A stretch of 34,556 nt of DNA from Chloroflexota bacterium (lineage in GTDB: Bacteria; Chloroflexota; Dehalococcoidia; Lucifugimonadales; UBA1127), in the NCBI GenBank assembly GCA_028873745.1, contig JAPPNT010000027.1:10793-45348 (forward strand), written 5' to 3'. The first letter of the stretch is position 1; the number at the start of each line of letters is the position of its first letter. The position numbers were made by a program, and so were the translations under genes. The notes beneath the pieces were generated by a model, which was not told where the DNA came from, made no database searches, and saw only the letters and a program-made list of their open reading frames with translations. Positions 33,258-34,556 of the stretch are shown here, piece by piece.

Positions 33258-34178
33258 TTACGAGAACCTGATGCGTGGGTCGATGTATGCGTACAAGATG
33301 TCGATGAGCAGGTTCATGCCGATGAATAGCACTGAGATGAACATCGTCACGGCCTGGATGACCTGGTAGTCGCGGGCGTTCACCGCCTGCAGCGCCAGCA
33401 GGCCGACGCCCGGCCACGCGAACACCGTCTCGATGGTCACCGAGCCGGTCATCTGACCGACGACGATGGCGCCAAACACGGTCAGCGGGGGGATGGCGGC
33501 GTTCTTGAGGCCGTGCTTCCACACTACCTTCCACTCCGGAAGGCCCTTGATTCGAGCAAGCTTGATGTACTCGCTGTCAAGGACGTTCAGCATGGAAGAG
33601 CGCGTGAGGCGCATGAAGGACGCGACGGAGAACCACCCCAGCGCCACGGCCGGCAGCACCATGTTCGAGATGCCGCCTCGACCGGACGTGGGGAACCACC
33701 CAAGCTGGACGGCGAAAATCCAGATGAGCACGATGGCCAGCCAGAAGGAGGGAAGCGACTGCCCAAGCAGGGCGATCAGCTTCCCGATAGTATCGAGCAT
33801 CGTCCCCTTCTTCACAGCTGACATAACTCCGATGGGCACGGCTAACAGCACCGATACACCAATGGAGACTACCGCCAGCTGAAGGGTGGCCGGCAGGTGC
33901 AGGATCACCAGTTCCATCGCCGTGCGGCCCTGCCACTTGAAGGAGGGGCCGAACTCGCCACGCGACGCGTTCTTCACGAAGGTGAAGTACTGCACGTACC
34001 AGGGGTCGTTGAGGCCCCACAGCTCGCTGATGCGGATGAAGGTCTCGTCGTCTGCCTCATCGGGCAGGAGCACGTCGAGGGGGTTGCCCGACAAGCGGGC
34101 CAGGGAGAACACGATGATGCTCACCCCGATGAGGGTAAACACCGATTGGATCAGCCTGATGATGATGTATCGCTGCAT
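33258..34178 (-). CDS. Peptide/nickel-type ABC transporter permease (OppB/DppB-like)
   Basis: MQRYIIIRLIQSVFTLIGVSIIVF... is the characteristic DppB/OppB N-terminus. EAA region ...YIKLARIKGLPEWKVVWKHGLKNA... Confidence 0.8.
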   Translation of the reverse strand: MQRYIIIRLIQSVFTLIGVSIIVFSLARLSGNPLDVLLPDEADDETFIRISELWGLNDPWYVQYFTFVKNASRGEFGPSFKWQGRTAMELVILHLPATLQLAVVSIGVSVLLAVPIGVMSAVKKGTMLDTIGKLIALLGQSLPSFWLAIVLIWIFAVQLGWFPTSGRGGISNMVLPAVALGWFSVASFMRLTRSSMLNVLDSEYIKLARIKGLPEWKVVWKHGLKNAAIPPLTVFGAIVVGQMTGSVTIETVFAWPGVGLLALQAVNARDYQVIQAVTMFISVLFIGMNLLIDILYAYIDPRIRFS

Positions 34179-34233
34179 AGCCTCCTCAATTCTCCTGGGT
34201 GCTTTGGACTGACGCGGCTTACAGAGTGCGCAG

Positions 34234-34263
34234 ATTCTACCCCTAACGTCAATAATGCGCCAA
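34234..34263 (-). promoter_or_regulatory. Possible promoter for the ABC operon: TTGGCG, 18 nt spacer, TAGAAT
   Basis: On the minus strand, TTGGCG occupies 34263-34258 and TAGAAT occupies 34239-34234, about 55 nt upstream of the oppB-like ATG. Confidence 0.35.
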
Positions 34264-34397
34264 TGGTTCCACAGGGCCTTTGGGGGGGAACTGCCACGGA
34301 GGGCGCAACTTATCCCTCCCCCCGGGCACCGACTGAGATTTGAAAATAAGTATCATATCGGTCGTTCAACTGTCAAGCTGTTGAACCCACTTGTGAG

Positions 34398-34429
34398 CAA
34401 TGTCGCACCCGCGCGCGGGTGCGACATTG
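34398..34429. terminator. 32-nt perfect palindrome (CAATGTCGCACCCGCG|CGCGGGTGCGACATTG), probable terminator of the upstream minus-strand gene
   Basis: A perfect 16+16 nt palindrome, 17 nt after the TAA of the partial CDS at the window edge. No clear U-tract follows. Confidence 0.5.
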
Positions 34430-34445
34430 CAACAACTTATTCTCC

Positions 34446-34556
34446 TTATGGCCAGTGCCGCATCCGACCCTGTTCCGCCGCCCACAGGCCGAAATGCAGC
34501 AGTCCACGAAGCCCCATCGGCCGGCCAAGGATGCTCGACTCGTACCACCGCTTGCG
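34446..34556 (-). CDS. 3' end of an unidentified CDS (5' part outside the window)
   Basis: The frame is open from the window edge: ...RKRWYESSILGRPMGLRGLLHFGLWAAEQGRMRHWP, then TAA at 34446-34448. High GC at third positions and followed by the palindromic hairpin. Too short to identify. Confidence 0.25.
   Translation of the reverse strand, partial: RKRWYESSILGRPMGLRGLLHFGLWAAEQGRMRHWP

Noticed and set aside
34366-34548. 60-aa minus-strand ORF from the track at the right edge.
   Set aside because: It reads straight through the 32-nt perfect palindrome and the candidate promoter. Another frame, open to the window edge and ending at TAA 34446-34448 just before the hairpin, is the more plausible coding frame.

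Overview
GC-rich, gene-dense bacterial chromosomal window of about 34.6 kb, mostly housekeeping genes. I see no rRNA, tRNA, CRISPR array, transposase or integrase.

Gene order:
- modA' (5'-truncated), modB, modC (+)
- small membrane protein and hemQ/chdC (-)
- ferredoxin-type sulfite/nitrite reductase (+)
- membrane protein (-)
- tandem-fused thyX (+)
- sfsA, a P-loop NTPase and an EndoIII-like glycosylase (+, translationally coupled)
- EVE/PUA-like protein (-)
- two-domain rhodanese (-)
- PHP phosphoesterase (+)
- membrane protein (+)
- DUF3090-like protein (-)
- korA, korB (+)
- large vWA protein (-)
- HExxH lipoprotein (+)
- gatB, secG, SAM hydrolase (DUF62) (+)
- PaREP1/HEPN-like protein, FAD-linked oxidase, cysS, ispF, ispD, mocA-like, xdhC-like, oppF/D/C/B-type ABC genes (all -)
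- a 3'-partial CDS at the right edge (-)

Lineage cannot be fixed from the window. HemQ, ThyX, DUF3090 and promoters that sit directly on start codons suggest an Actinobacteria/Chloroflexi/Deinococcus-type organism (inference).

I found no clear multi-gene novel system. The strongest observations are:
1. The rhodanese has an in-frame TGA exactly where the catalytic cysteine should be. A SECIS-like hairpin follows and the frame stays intact. This is a candidate selenocysteine sulfurtransferase; the alternative is a nonsense pseudogene.
2. A near-leaderless 16-codon mini-ORF with tandem Cys codons, followed by an intrinsic terminator, sits in the sulfite reductase leader. This looks like a candidate cysteine-responsive attenuator.
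3. ispF has no canonical start codon for its conserved N-terminus. An SD-spaced ATC aligns with Met1.
4. A dispersed intergenic repeat family, including an exact 14-mer present three times, occupies two long intergenic regions.
5. There are compositionally atypical accessory genes (the HExxH lipoprotein and the PaREP1/HEPN-like gene) and an orphan vWA protein.

All homology calls come from reading the translations by eye. Nothing was searched or folded computationally.
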